64,000 bases of DNA from Octopus vulgaris (GCA_951406725.2 CATOCA020000001.1:7068001-7132000); one strand, 5' to 3'; shown: positions 1-13,053, numbered from the stretch's first letter. Notes: a model not told the origin generated them from the sequence alone. Program-made: numbers and translations.

Positions 1-155
1 TTCACAAGTAGAATTTTGTGTCCCAAGAAGGAAGGTATGCACAGGTGGACTGACTACGTCCCAGGTAGAGGCCATGGGTTATGGCCTCACTTGTCCTGCC
101 GGGTCTTCTCACGCACAGCATACTTCCAAAGGTCTCGGTCTCTGGTCATTTCCTA
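1..155 (-). mobile_element. RTE LINE 3' end fragment
   Basis: Closely matches 1415-1565, the 3' end of the RTE ORF and start of its 3' UTR. Confidence 0.8.
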
Positions 156-345
156 TATATATTTATATAATCCAAATAAGAAGACTTCAACACATCTTTA
201 ATGGTCAGTTGTAGTTGCTTTTGTTCGAGCTCAGCTTTTAATGTAAGCTCACACAAAAGTTCCGAATGAAAATTGACATATTTGAAATCACAAAACCGTT
301 ATAGATATGATACTCCCTACATTGAGGAACCTTATTAAACTAGAT

Positions 346-660
346 CTTTGGTCAGACACAACTGATGTTATTGACTGGTTTAAGAATTTACTTTACAAAA
401 TACAAAAAAATTCATACAGATAGATATCAACTTGTACTACTCATCTATCAAACTTGTACTTCTCAGTGAGGCTATAATCTTTGCCATCAGGAACACCTCT
501 TTATTTAAGGACACCAACCCAATTGTAGCAGCTAGGAAAACAATATTTACTTTGAATGACAGCCTCATAAGGACAGACTAGAATATTTCAATGTAACTAT
601 GGGTGCAAGCAACTCAGCCCAAGTTACCAATTTGGTAGGGTGAAACTTATTGCTGCAAAT
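346..660 (+). mobile_element. Decayed Penelope-like element reverse transcriptase fragment (Naiad/Chlamys-like)
   Basis: Manual translation across frameshifts gives LWSDTTDVIDWFKNL / FIQIDINLYYSSI / IVAARKTIFTLND / FNVTMGASNSAQVTNLVG*NLL, paralleling PLE RT motifs (W.NT..VIDWF, FDI..FYPSI, ARKSLLF, FDVTMGS.DGAE.CELVG). Confidence 0.7.
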
Positions 661-696
661 TAAGTTTATCTTTCTCCATATCTTTGTGTGTGTGTA

Positions 697-742
<46 letters not shown>

Positions 743-846
743 CATATATATATATATATATTTATAATAAGATTAGATCGTATACGAGTGGGTATATATT
801 TGTAAAAAAGAAGTTTGAAAATGCCACTATATTAGATAAATTTTAA

Positions 847-890
847 TTTTTACATGTTTCGGTTCTTGAAGTAACGAACCTTATCAAAAA
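847..890 (-). ncRNA. Degenerate minimal hammerhead ribozyme
   Basis: Minus strand reads TTGATAA GGTTC-loop-GAACC GAAA CATG TA: helix II and palindromic helix III present, two core substitutions, weak helix I. Confidence 0.4.
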
Positions 891-1112
891 GAATTTTTTT
901 ATAATAAAGATTATAATGGAATAGTTCATAATTGTTTCATACATTCAATAGAGTCCATGCTATATACATTCAATAGAATCCATGTTCTTGAAAAGGCGAA
1001 AAATATATTATAAGGTGTAAGTCGTTCTTTACTGTTTTGTCAAGTGTAGTGCAGGAGTTCATTATAGATTTTACCTTGTGTTCCGATGGGAGCAACAGTA
1101 GTGATTCTACTA

Positions 1113-3454
1113 CCAGGCCCAGTCTGATCTGGCAATGTTTCTACGGCTGGATGCCCATCCTAACGCCAACCACTCCATGAGTGTAGTGGGTGCTTTTTAC
1201 GTGCCACCGGCACAGGGGCCAGGCGAGGCTGGCAATGGCCATGATTGGATGGTGCTTTTTACATGCCACCGGCACGGAGGCTCGTCAGGGCGGCACTGGC
1301 AATGGCCACGTTCGGATGGTTCCCTTACGTGCTGCCAGCACTGGTATCACAGCTGCAATTTCCATTGATGTTGATCGATTTCGAGTCTGATTCTCACTTG
1401 CCTCAACAGGTCTTCACAAGTAGAGTTTTGTGTCCCTAGAAGGAAAGGTATGCATAAGTGGGCTGGCTACATCCCAGGTAGAGGCCATGGGTTATGGTCT
1501 CACTTGTCCTGCCAGGTCTTCTCACGCACAGCATATTTCCATAGGTCTCAGTCTCTGGTCATTTCCTCAGTGAGACCTAAAGTTCGCAGGTCATGCTTCA
1601 CCACATCCCAGGTTTTCCTGGGTCTACCTCTTTCACAGGTTCCCTCAACCGCTAGGGTGTGGCGCTTTTTCACACAACTATCTTCATCCATTCTCGCCAC
1701 ATGACCATACCAGCGCAAACGTCTCTCTTGCACACCACAACTGATGCTTCTTAGGTCCAACTTCTCTCTCAAGGTACTTACACTCTGTCGAGTATGAACA
1801 CTGACATTACACATCCATTGGAGCATACTGGCTTCATTTCTTGCAAGCTTACGCATATCCTCAGCTGTCATGGCCCATGTTTCACTGCCATGTAGCATGG
1901 CTGTTCGCACACATGCGTCATACAGTCTGCCTTTTGTCACCAGCAGAAGTAAGAGCTCTCTGAACTTTTCCCAGGCTATTCTTACTCTAGCAGTTACGCT
2001 TTTAACACACCCGCCCCCGCTACTGACTTGGTCACCTAGGTAACGGAAGCTATCAACTATTTCTAGTTTTTCTCCCTGGAATGTGGCGGAAGTTGGTCTC
2101 TGCGCATTTTCAGTGTTTATTGCTCCTGAGCATCTGCCACATACAAAAACTATTTTCCTAGTTAGCCTTCCCTTGACGTTGCTGCACCCCTTATGTGTCC
2201 ATAGCTTACACTTGGTGCATCTTATAGAGTTTCTACCTACGCCTTTTCTACAGATCGAGCAGGGCCATCTACCTGAAGGCGTTTGTGATTTGTCTACGTT
2301 CCTACTTATTAGGACTTTGGTTTTAGCTAGGTTGACTCTAAGGCCCTTCGATTCTAATCCTTGCTTCCACACCTGAAACTTCTCCTCCAGTTCTGATAGT
2401 GACTCAGCAATTAGAGCAAGGTCATCAGCGTAGAGGAGCTCCCAGGGGCATCCTGTCTTGAATTCCTCTGTTATTGCCTGGAGGACTATGATAAATAGGA
2501 GGGGGCTGAGGACAGAACCTTGGTGGACCCCTACCTCTACCCTGAATTCTTTAGTATACTCGTTGCCAACCCTCACCTTACTGACAGCGTGTACATGGCT
2601 TGTACAGCTCTCAGTAATCATTCATCTATCCCTAGTTTCCTCATTGATAAGGGATCGGGGGACTCTATCAAAGGCTTTCTGCATGTCAACGAAAGCCAGG
2701 TACAGGGGCTTATCTTTGGCTAGATATTTCTCCTGCAGCTGTCTTACCAGGAATATAGCATCAGTGGTGCTTTTCCCTGGCACTAAACCAAACTGCATCT
2801 CATCCAAGCTGACACTCACCCTAATCAGTTGGGCTATGGACCCTCTCCGTAACCTTCATTACCTAATCCAACAGCTTGATACCTCTGTAATTATTTGTAT
2901 CTAAAAGCGTGACCTTTACCTTTGTAGCAATTGACTATTATGCTGCTACACCAGTCATTGGGTATGACTCCTTCATGTATCACCTGGTTAACTATATGGG
3001 TGACTAGACTATAGCCGACACTACCAGATATTTTAAGCATCTCTGCAGTAATTCCTGATGGGCCTGGGGCTTTCCCTGTCTTCATTCCACTAATTGCCTT
3101 AACTACTAAGGAACTGTCAACTCGGATAGCTGGTCCCTCTGTTGGCTCGACATTCGGCAGACTCTTTTTATCCCATTTATTTTCTTTATTCAGCAACCTT
3201 TCATAGTGGTGTCTCCAAACCTCTCTTTTGCAGCCTCATTCAGCGTTAATGAACCATCATCTATGCGAACACATTTCTCTCCTACATCACGATTCTCTCT
3301 CACACACTGTCTTGCAACACGAAACACCTCCAGTCTTTGGTCCTCACGGCGCAGAACATTGGCAAATTTTTTCTTATCTGCTTCCCCTCTGGCTAAATAA
3401 ACCTGTCTCCTAGCTTCTCTTTTGGCAGTCTGATACAATTCCCTGCTACCACCA
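1113..3454 (-). mobile_element. RTE non-LTR retrotransposon, 5' truncated and frameshifted
   Basis: ORFs with KAPGPSG, AFVDMQKAFDRV, GVHQGSVLSPLLF, LLYADD and FRYLG; 3' UTR with GGTGGCACGTAAAAAGCACC-type repeats. Confidence 0.95.
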
Positions 3455-3710
3455 ATAGGAGGGAGCTGAGGACTGAACCTTGGTGGACCCCTATCTCTAC
3501 CCGGAATTCTTCACTGTACTCATTGCCAACCCTCACCTTACTAGCAGCATCCCTGTACATGGCTTGCACAGCTCTCACTAACCATTCATCTATCCCTAGT
3601 TTCCTCATTGACCACCAGATAAGGGATTGGGGGACCCTGTCGAAGGCTTTCTCCATGTCAACAAAAGCCAGGTACAGGGGCTTATCTTTGGCTAGATATT
3701 TCTCCTGCAA
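3455..3710 (-). mobile_element. Second RTE RT segment abutting the first
   Basis: ORF 3393-3710 QEKYLAKDKPLYLAFVDMEKAFDRV...GVHQGSVLS duplicates a region also present at about 2495-2740, with different substitutions. Confidence 0.9.
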
Positions 3711-3729
3711 TGCTGAAGCAAAGTAACAC

Positions 3730-4530
3730 CAAATATATAGTGCGTGTGTTTTTATTGGCTAAACTGGCAAAATGACCATTCCTAAATACAATAATATCTG
3801 TTTCAACACACGATTTCACATCAAAAATCTTGCAAAGCAAATAAACGTAATTATCTTTATTACTATTAATATAGTAGTAGTAGTAGTATTGCTATCATTA
3901 TTTTCTTCTCATTATTCTTGCTGTCTTTGTTGATATTGTTTTACAATTAGCCTTCCTTTTTTTTATTTGTTATTTTCTTTATTTTATCACTCTATATTTA
4001 TGATTCTACACCAAAATTACTTTTCACTTTTCCATTATAATTTGATTCTGGTAATTCTGGCATCACAATCCACATCACTCCTCTTCTTCCTTTCAACTAT
4101 TCACTTTCGCTTTCTCTTTCTTCTCTTCTTTCTCCTCCCACTTCTTCCACTTCTACCTCATTTTCTTGTCCCCTTCCTCTTCATCCCCTAACCATATTTT
4201 TACTTACTTTGGTATTAACAATGTTCTTGTCCTGTCCATTTATCTTTATTCAGTTTACATTTTTATCTTTATTCTGTTTACTTTTTTGTTTTCTCCTGAT
4301 GTAAGCAAAACACACAGCCTGGCAGATGCACAATGTAAGTGCGTACCTTTGTCGTAGGTCTGAAGAAATGCCACTCTAACTCTTCACAAAATCCATACAA
4401 CGGTTTTACCTTTGTGAAGCCTAGATTTTCTACACCTGAAGAATTTTGATATTAGTCTGAAATCTGACAGTGTAGATAGCCTAAAATTCAGGTTGAGTGC
4501 TGCATAGGATATATCCTATCTTTCTACCAT
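3730..4530 (+). mobile_element. Penelope-like pseudo-LTR remnant with a decayed hammerhead at 4429-4476
   Basis: 3770-3845 encodes MTIPKYNNICFNTRFHIKNLA, homologous to MTLPRHNRICFNTRTHIKNLA on the minus strand near 40850-40916; TCTACAC CTGAAGA ... GAAA ... GTGTAGA has a perfect 7-bp helix I. Confidence 0.5.
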
Positions 4531-4544
4531 CCCAGGACCTTATA

Positions 4545-4680
4545 TACAACAGGCTTCTTTCAGTTTCCATCTAATAAATCCACTCACAAGGCTTTGGTTG
4601 GCCCAAAGACACTTTCCAATGTGCCATGCAGTGGGACTGAACTAGAAACTAGGTGGTTGGGAAGCTTTCTTGACACACAA
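4545..4680 (-). mobile_element. tRNA-derived SINE head
   Basis: Reverse complement of the SINE head seen at 58711-58875. Confidence 0.75.
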
Positions 4681-5665
4681 TTGTAATTTCTATATAAAAT
4701 ATATTGAAAATATTCACATATCTTAAATGAAACAAAATACAAATTTAAAGTTGATCTTTGAGCTTCACTGGTGTTTTCCATGAAAGTGCATATGGATGTA
4801 ATGTTGACTTTTCAGTAACAACATTTGTCTCATTTAATGTCTCCTTAAGCAAGGTACATAACTTCTTATACCATTTGCTTGTTTGGCTTCTGCTTATAAG
4901 TCTTTTGATACTGACTGGTCTGAACTCATCCTGGTGCAACTATACAAAACCTAATTTTTAAAAGTTTTCATGTGTAAATAATTTATTATAATTATTATAA
5001 TAATAAGCTTGTTTGTAAGTTTGTCCAAAATCATGCAATAAGGAAGTAGCAATGTAAGTAAGAGTAAAAAAGAGAAGAGACAAAATGGTGATAACAATGA
5101 GAGAGGGAGTCAAACAGTGCCTCTTGCCTTCTCTCTCAACAAAACCCTTTTCCCTTTATTGATGAATGCTGCCTCTCTCTTTCTCTCACTGTCTCTCCCT
5201 ATCTACAGATGCACACACTCTCTCATTCTCTCTCTCTCTCTCTCAACAACAATATTTTCAGTTTTTATTCAATGAACGCTGATTTTTTTCTGGTAAACAT
5301 TAATAACAATATATAAGACAAGTACTTAGGATTACCTAACTCAGGTGGTTATATAGAATTGAATTTCTTTTTCCTATGGCTTTCATTACATCATCATTGC
5401 CCACTGTAGTTCACTCTTTTATATTTGGTTATATAGAGGTCTGTGTAACCAAAATTGTTGGATATTGTTGGTTCCCTCTCTCCTATTCCCCAGAATGTGT
5501 GACTGTGCCTATTTTAGGAACCATTACTATCATCATCATCATTATCCATTTTCCTTTGCTGGCATGGTTCCGATGGATTTCTTTGCATCATTCCATGTAC
5601 AAAGTAGCATGTAAGTGTGATTGACTGATTCCTTCCTTGTTGCTGTTGCCTTTCTTAGAATTATT

Positions 5666-6490
5666 GGCAGAATCCTTACCACAGTGAGCAAAATGCTTAG
5701 TAGCATTTCGTCCACCTTTACATCCTAAGTTCAAATTCCACCTAGGTCAATTTTGCTTTTCATCCTTTTGGTCTCAGTAAATTAAGTACCAGTAAACACT
5801 GGGGTCAATGTAATCAACTAGTACCCTCCCCTCCACAAATTTCAGGTCTTGTGCCTAGAGTAGAAAGGATTTTTTCTTCTGGCAGAATCGTTAGCACTCT
5901 GGGCAAAATGCTTAGCATCATTTCATCCAACTTTACGTTCTGAGTTCAAATTCTACCACAGTCGACTTTGCCTTTCATCCCTTCGGGCCAGTAAAATTAG
6001 TACCAGTTAAACACTGGAAGTGGTGTAATTGACTTAACCCCTTCCCCCAAATTTCAGGCCTTGTGCCAAAATTTGAAATCAATATTTAAGGTGGTGAACT
6101 GGCAGAATTGTTAGCACACCAGGAAAAATGCTTTGTGGCATTTTGTCTCTCTTTATGTTCTGAGTTCAAATGCCTCCAAAATCACCTTTGCCTTTCATCC
6201 TTTTGAAGTTAAAATAAGCTGTAGTCGATATAATCAACTTAACCCCTCCCCCAAAATTGCTAACCTTGTGCCAAAATTTGAAACCGTTGTTGTTGTTAAA
6301 GCAGTAGATTGGCAGAACTGTTATAAGCACTGGACAAACTTTCTTGCTCTATTTGTTCTGGCTTCTTACATTTTGAGTTCATTCCTTTTCAGTCAATAAA
6401 GTGAAAAACTAGTCATTTTACTGGATTAATTGGAATTGACAAACACCCTTTTCCCCAAATTGCTGGCCTTATCACCTAAATTAGAAACAA
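5666..6490 (+). repeat. Four diverged tandem copies of a tRNA-derived SINE (about 215 bp period)
   Basis: TGGCAGAA...TTCAAAT...TTTCATCC units start near 5666, 5880, 6100 and 6310; same family as 28935-29164. Confidence 0.8.
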
Positions 6491-6887
6491 TTCTCATTAG
6501 TTCAGTAATATAATTGTTACGATATATTTTCACTACACAGCTGAGCACAGCTCTGTCTACCCCAGGGATAGACCATGTTTTGCTTTGTTTTGCTTTCTTT
6601 ATATATTATGATTACAATAATTTAATTATGGAAGAAGGAAAAGGAAAGAAAAAATTAAGCTTCTAACAATGCCAAAAGTTTTATAAAATCCTTTATATTT
6701 AAGGCACAAAAGTCCATCCTCAGAAGGAAACAGTCTGGGAAATGTCCAGTTATATCTGGTGTGACTGAACATTTCCTACACTGTTTCCTTCTGAGGTTCG
6801 GCCTTTGCACTTTCCCTTCTTCTACAATGCTTCAAGCAAACTACAACACTCTTATTGATTTAATTATATTTTATTGTAATTTTCTAG

Positions 6888-7935
6888 GTCTGTTATATTT
6901 TACAACTCATTGGCGCATAAGCGAGATACTGTGGTGAGTGTCTATGTTGACTCCCCATTTGTTATTGTCAGAGATCCTAGGGGAAAGATCATTCCTTCAC
7001 AGATTGACTTGTTCTGGACTGACCGGGATTCTGTCTCCACAGACGTCTACAAGGTGTCATTTGTGATGGCCATCCAAGCATTGGGCATTTGCCAATACAC
7101 AATCGAGAAAACACACAAACTGTCCACAAAAAAAGCTGTGCCATCGGAGATAACATTTTACAACTCAAACATGAACATGGAACATTCCAGTTCAGTGTTC
7201 ACAATAAAGAAGTCCCCATCAAAGCCGTTCAGTCTTGAGAACTATTACATGAAGGCTGGCTTCAGCCAGGCAACAGGGCTGTTACAAAACATCACATTTA
7301 AAGCAGAGGGTATTACACACCCGGTCAGCATCAAATTTGTAACATATGGCACTCGAAAATCTTCTGAAAAGAGTGGTGCTTATCTATTCCTGCCAGATGG
7401 TGAAGGTCGAGAAGTAACAATTGTCGACCCATTCATTCGTGTCATTCAAGGCACTGTTGTGTCTGAAGTGAGTGTCTTTGTGGAAAATGTAGAGCATGTT
7501 GTGAGGTTATATAATTCACCGGGTGCAGACAGTTTGTCACTGGACATCTACAATATAGTGGACATTAGAGACAAGCTGAACTTTGAGATGGCCATGAGGG
7601 TGTGTAGTGATATTAAGAGTGAGGACAACTCTTTCCACACTGACCTAAATGGTTTCCAGATGCACCGGCGTAAAACATACAGCAAGTTGCCTTTGCAGGC
7701 CAACTACTATCCCATGCCAACTGCTATGTTTGTGGAGAATTCCCAGAAACGATTAAACATCCTGTCTGGTCAGTCACTTGGAGCTGCCTATCTGAAGCCT
7801 GGTGAGATGGAAGTGATGTTGGACCGTCGCCTCAACCAAGATGATAGCCGAGGTCTGGGCCAGGGTGTGCTTGATAACAAACAGACCCCTAACAAATTCC
7901 GGCTTCTTCTTGAAATAAGAAAGATTTCCCCTCTT
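6888..7935 (+). CDS. MAN2A1: Golgi alpha-mannosidase II (GH38), internal exon
   Basis: tttctAG acceptor and GTgagt donor; SVIFYNSLAH, SGAYLFLPDG, FHTDLNGFQ, KLPLQANYYPMP, EVMLDRRLNQDDSRGLGQGVLDN are GH38 mannosidase II motifs. The symbol stands for the MAN2A1/MAN2A2 group. Confidence 0.95.
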
Positions 7936-7999
7936 GTGAGTATATTTAATATTAATTTCTTTCTGTGAATAATTTTGTGTTGAGTCTGAATATTTTGAC

Positions 8000-9110
8000 A
8001 AATGAATGAGTGAGTGAATGAGGGCATATCACCTCTTTGTACTACATGACTGACTACACAAGTGACTAGCACTATCCCTACTTTGATTTTCACCACTTCA
8101 TTGACTATCCTTGACAGGCCACCTGCCTTCCCTCCTTTAATGTTTTTCAATCACTTTGACTCTACAGGTGTCATCTTCTTAACTCATCCTTCTGTTGGCT
8201 TTATATAGAGAAGGCTTCTGTTTCCCACACTTTCTCTATATTCATCAACTTTTCATAGCAGCATTTCCAAGAATTTCTTCTCAGCATGGTAATGGAGAGT
8301 GTACCATTGTCACTCTAGATATACTTTTCCTGAATGATGTATTGATTCACATACTGACACACTGCTTTGCAATTTAAAACACTTTACCCCTCTCATCATA
8401 GTACATTGACAAACCTCTTATTTTCTGCTTCTTTCTTTGCTTTATGTTGTCTAGCTTTTCATCTAGTTTCTTGATGTTCTTCCCTACTCTCATCTTATCA
8501 GTCATATAGCTTTGATGGGTCTGTCTCTTGTACCATTCCCCCATCATATCATCATGTTTGGTTGAAACTTTGCTGCAGTAGGCTGTCTTCTATATTTATA
8601 CTCTTTGTCTTAGGTCATTTTTCCTTCTCAACATATTCCTCATCTGAAATCTCTTTGAATCAGTGTTTTATAGAGATCTTTCAGTTTCCACACCTTTCTC
8701 CAGATTGTCTCATCTCTGAGTCTGTGTAATTCTTGTTTTTCAAGTTACTAATCATCAAACTATGTTGAATGCTACATTCTTCACCCGTGAAAAACTTAGC
8801 TTTCATAATTAGCTGGCCGTCCTGTTTCCTAGTGAGTGTGTAATTTTTTTGGCATACATGTTCACATGAGCAGCAGATGGTCATGTGACTGGGTTTTTTT
8901 CTGGAAGATAACGTTGCAAATGTCTTGGTCATTTGTGCTACAAAACACTGAGCCTTCATTCCTTTTACTATATCTATAGCTTCCATGTGTGCATGAGTAG
9001 GTATCTATGTGTAGCCTAACATATCCATTAAAGTCATCAGCCATGATAATAAGGTTGCTGTTTATTCATTATCAAAATGGTCTATAATAGAGCCACATTA
9101 CAATGGGTGT
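8000..9110 (-). mobile_element. Old degraded RTE-like LINE fragment in intron
   Basis: Minus-strand remnants such as MKNIKGGKAGGLSRIVNEVVK (KAPGPSG region) and ADDFNGYV (endonuclease GDFN motif). Confidence 0.6.
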
Positions 9111-9737
9111 AAGACAGACCCCCAAATGTTTCTATTATTCATCCTACCACTACTACCATCACCATCCTCAGTTTTCTGTCCATTTTTGTCTCCCCATTCC
9201 TCCAAGCTTTCACCATTTCTTCCCATGGTCTCTTCCTTTCACAAATTCCATCACTTGGACTGCTCAACAGTTTTGGCATGACTGAAATTTTCCATAGACA
9301 TTACTTACCTATGCCAGCACTGTCTTCCCTCTTATGCATTATGTACAATTCTTCTCAACCACAGTAATTTGTGCATAGAATTGCATTTTTTTGTTTGGTT
9401 TTTAAGCCTAAATATTAGAGAATATTACAAGAGAATTGTTAATCTTTTTTTTTATTCACTTCGGTGCATTGCCATTTTTGGGATTGCATGACTAGGGGGG
9501 GGGGGGAGTTAAATGATGTGTCATGAAGAGTTTAAAATCTCTATAATATTACATTCTTCTATGTTGATGTTAATTTGGCACAACTTACATGTCCTAATTA
9601 GTAGTGGAGTAGAGCTTTTGAAAGTATAGTAACTTGTTAAATCAGATTCCTTTTTAATTATTGTTAAAATTTTTCTTTGAAATTATAAAGCTCTAACAAA
9701 CTATATCAACTATCTCCCCCAAATATATTTTTTGCAG

Positions 9738-10070
9738 CTTGAAATGAAGAACCAAGTAAAACCTCTCTCATTGCTGGCCCATCTCACTTCATTGCACCTC
9801 ATCCACCCACTGTATGTGTCACCAAGGAATCCCGACAGTAGTAATATTGATCTTCAGCTGTTACCTTCCTTCTCTTCTACCCTTGATGGCAGTAGCAGTG
9901 GTCTGACATGTGATGTGCATCTGTTGAACCTACGCACTTTGCAGAACAAGGATGATGACCCCAGCCTAAAATTTGTGCCACAGAACAGTGCTGCACTCAT
10001 CTTGCACCGCTTCTCATTTGACTGTGATTTCCCCAACCTGGGACTCAGTTGCACAATTGGAAATGGAAAG
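9738..10070 (+). CDS. MAN2A1: Alpha-mannosidase II, penultimate coding exon
   Basis: tttgcAG acceptor and GTaaga donor, phase 0 at both ends; PLSLLAHLTS...LTCDVHLLNLRTL...SAALILHR. Confidence 0.92.
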
Positions 10071-10475
10071 GTAAGAATCTTATAGCTACCTTTTGCAACA
10101 CCTGTCACTACCACCACCATCCTACTAACACTGTTACTATAACAACACAGAGACAACGGAGCCTCTGTATCGTTACTTGATCTGTTAGAAATATCAGTTA
10201 GCTCTCCCTCAAATCCAGTCTTTGGATCAAGAGTAACTTTCTTTTATCTCTCACCCAGGGGAAAAAGGAAGAAAACACACACTCAGGTGCTCACAGACAC
10301 ACACACAAGGCTACTGCCCTACCCTCTCTGAAAGTAAAAAAAAAAATTATTTTGTTAATTTTCACTTGCATATCCCTCATCGTTTTTAATTGAATGATTT
10401 TTTTGATTTTTTTTTAACTGTCTTTAAATGAAATTATCTAATTAGTTAATTTGTTTCTTTTTATTTTGTTACTAG

Positions 10476-10628
10476 GTGGACTTGAACTCTTTATTCAAAG
10501 ATATAAAACTGAAGGACATTCGCAGCACATCTCTGTCTTTGCTGTATGAGAGTAACTCCTCTCTCTCTCAGTCTCACCTCTTCATCAAACCAAATGACAT
10601 AAGTGCCTTCAAGATCACACCATATTAA
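10476..10628 (+). CDS. MAN2A1: Alpha-mannosidase II, terminal coding exon
   Basis: actAG acceptor, in frame VDLNSLFKDIKLKDIRSTSLSLLY...IKPNDISAFKITPY then TAA; below the ORF track cutoff. Confidence 0.88.
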   Translation: MDLNSLFKDIKLKDIRSTSLSLLYESNSSLSQSHLFIKPNDISAFKITPY

Positions 10629-12362
10629 GCTGATCAATCGATTCACTGCACTGACACACTGATTCTCTGGTCAAAGGAATTGATCCACTTACTGAATGGA
10701 ATCAATAACAGAACTGTTATTCTGGAATGACTATGTGGTTGCTCATCTTACTAGAAATAACAGTGAAATTCCCTGTTTCTCCTGTAAATATTACACTGTA
10801 CCATCCGTAAACTAAAAGATAAAAACAATATGCCTAGAATTTTAAAAAATGGGATGGTCATGACTGGAATACCTTTGAATAGGTTGGACCTTAGGGTTTA
10901 AGCAATAACTAGAATGACTGACTGTCTGACCATCATTGTTGAAGTAGTTTAAATAATGGTGTCAGTAGTGGGGGAGGTTTCGACTGCTACTGGCTCTGCA
11001 ACCACCACCACCACCACCACTATGACCACAACCACTGCTGTCACTGTGTCCATCCCTCCCAGTGCCACCTGGTGACAAGAGAGCCTCTATGTGATCACCC
11101 GACATGCTAGAAATAGCAGCAAAAAAAGTGAAAGACAAATTGGATAATGCAGTCCACAGGACATTGTGCCTAGAAAATGAATAAATGGGATGGTTGTAGC
11201 CGGAAACTAATGAATGGGATGACCATAACCTTTAATCATGAATAGATATGCTCAATCAAAGCTGACATTGGGCTAAAGCCATTACAGCAACAACAACAAC
11301 TAAAACTACTACTACTAACTATCATTGTTGATGGTCGTGGTTGGGAAGGTGAGAATAATGTTGTTGATTGTGATGATAACAGTATTAAGGATAAAAGATG
11401 GTGATGATGGGGATAAAAGATGGTGATGATGGGGATAGAGTATTAAGGATGCTGGATGGTAGTGATGATGATGTTTCTGATGACAACAGTTGATGGTACA
11501 GTAGGATGAAAAATGTACACCTATGCTTGCTCATACAGGTGATGATGATGATGATGATGAGAATAAGGGATTACTGATGTTAACAATGATGGTGGTAATG
11601 ATGACTGGCTGAGGTGGTGGTGGTGGAGCCTGTTACTCCCTCCCTTTCTCCATGCATTTGTTTCCTTCATTGGCTCCACACCTCCATCACCATCCATCCA
11701 CTCAATCACCCAACCACAAACTGAGAACACTTCACCTGTCCCTTTCAATTGGTCACCACCATTACCACCACCACCTTTCAACACTATATAAGTCAACGGG
11801 AGTGGGAGGGGGACATACTTCCCCTACGCTACATTTTGGCTTGTTAGAAATAGAAGTCAAATTGCCCTTGAATCACAACTTGTCTTAAAAAAAAGTGACC
11901 ACCACCACCACTACGAGACAAAACAATGTATGTATTTAGATATTACGCTCTATTGCTTGAAATAGCAGCCAAATTTCCCTTAAATCACAATCCTAGTTTT
12001 AAAAAAGAGACTTCAACTTTGAATCAAAGCCTGCCACGACCACCAAATAAGTCATATTTCACTTAGATTTAAAAAACAAATGAACACAATTGTGTTACTG
12101 TTATTTATTGCTGCTGCTGCTGTTGCGTATGTGATGATTGTGAAGGTCAAAGTTTGAGATTCTATGGTGGTGGTGGTGGTGGTGGTGGTGGCTAAAAGAG
12201 AATTTTCTTTGATTGTCACAAATGTTTACTTGGTTTTTTTTTTAAACCATATATTTGAATTTGAATATTTTCACGTGTATGTATCTGTGTATGTAATCAG
12301 AGGTGTATATGATGCCACATGCTTTATTCTGGTAGTATTTAATGCAGTTTTATATGATTGGT

Positions 12363-12373
12363 AATAAAATAAA
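12363..12373 (+). terminator. Candidate polyadenylation signals (two overlapping AATAAA) for the mannosidase gene
   Basis: GTAATAAAATAAAAA followed by a GT-rich tract; implies a 3' UTR of about 1.75 kb. Confidence 0.45.
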
Positions 12374-13016
12374 AAATTTCTCTTGTGTATGAATGTGTGT
12401 GTGCATGTGTATAATATATAAATATGTATGTATGTGTATATATGTATGGATGAATGTATATATGTGCATGTACGTCTGTATGTATATTATGTAAACAGAT
12501 ATATTTGTATATATGTATTTATCTGTATGAGTATCTATCTGTTTATATATGTACACACATGTATATTTGTGTGCGACTCACACAAGTACATGTATTTGTA
12601 TACACATATACATACATATAACTACACTCAACAAACATATATATACATTTGTTCACAGATTTAATGTTTGGTCCCCCCCCCCCCTTTAGTATAGGTTAAA
12701 CAAAGGCTTTTTATTGAAGCGTTCCACTCTGCTGCTCTTCCTCTTGCTGACTCTTTTTTCAAGTTAGTGATTTTTATTCTGCTTGTCTTTGAAGGAGGAT
12801 TTCTTGACTGGCAGTTGTCAGCATAATGTCACTGCTTTTGTCTTTCAAGCAAAAACATTACTAAAACAAAAACAGAGAGAGAGAGAGAGAGAGATTCCAT
12901 CTATCAATTTCTCTCACAAAGCTATAGTAGAAGATGCTGGCCCAACATGCTGCACTGGGGTATTGAATCCGAAAATCATGTGGTTGCAAATAAAATTTCT
13001 TAATCATATAGCCATG

Positions 13017-13053
<37 letters not shown>

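Noticed and set aside
4745-4939. Possible minus-strand terminal exon (AG acceptor then LHQDEFRPVS...KDQL*)
   Set aside because: No recognisable homology and no convincing partner exons; cannot be supported without RNA data.
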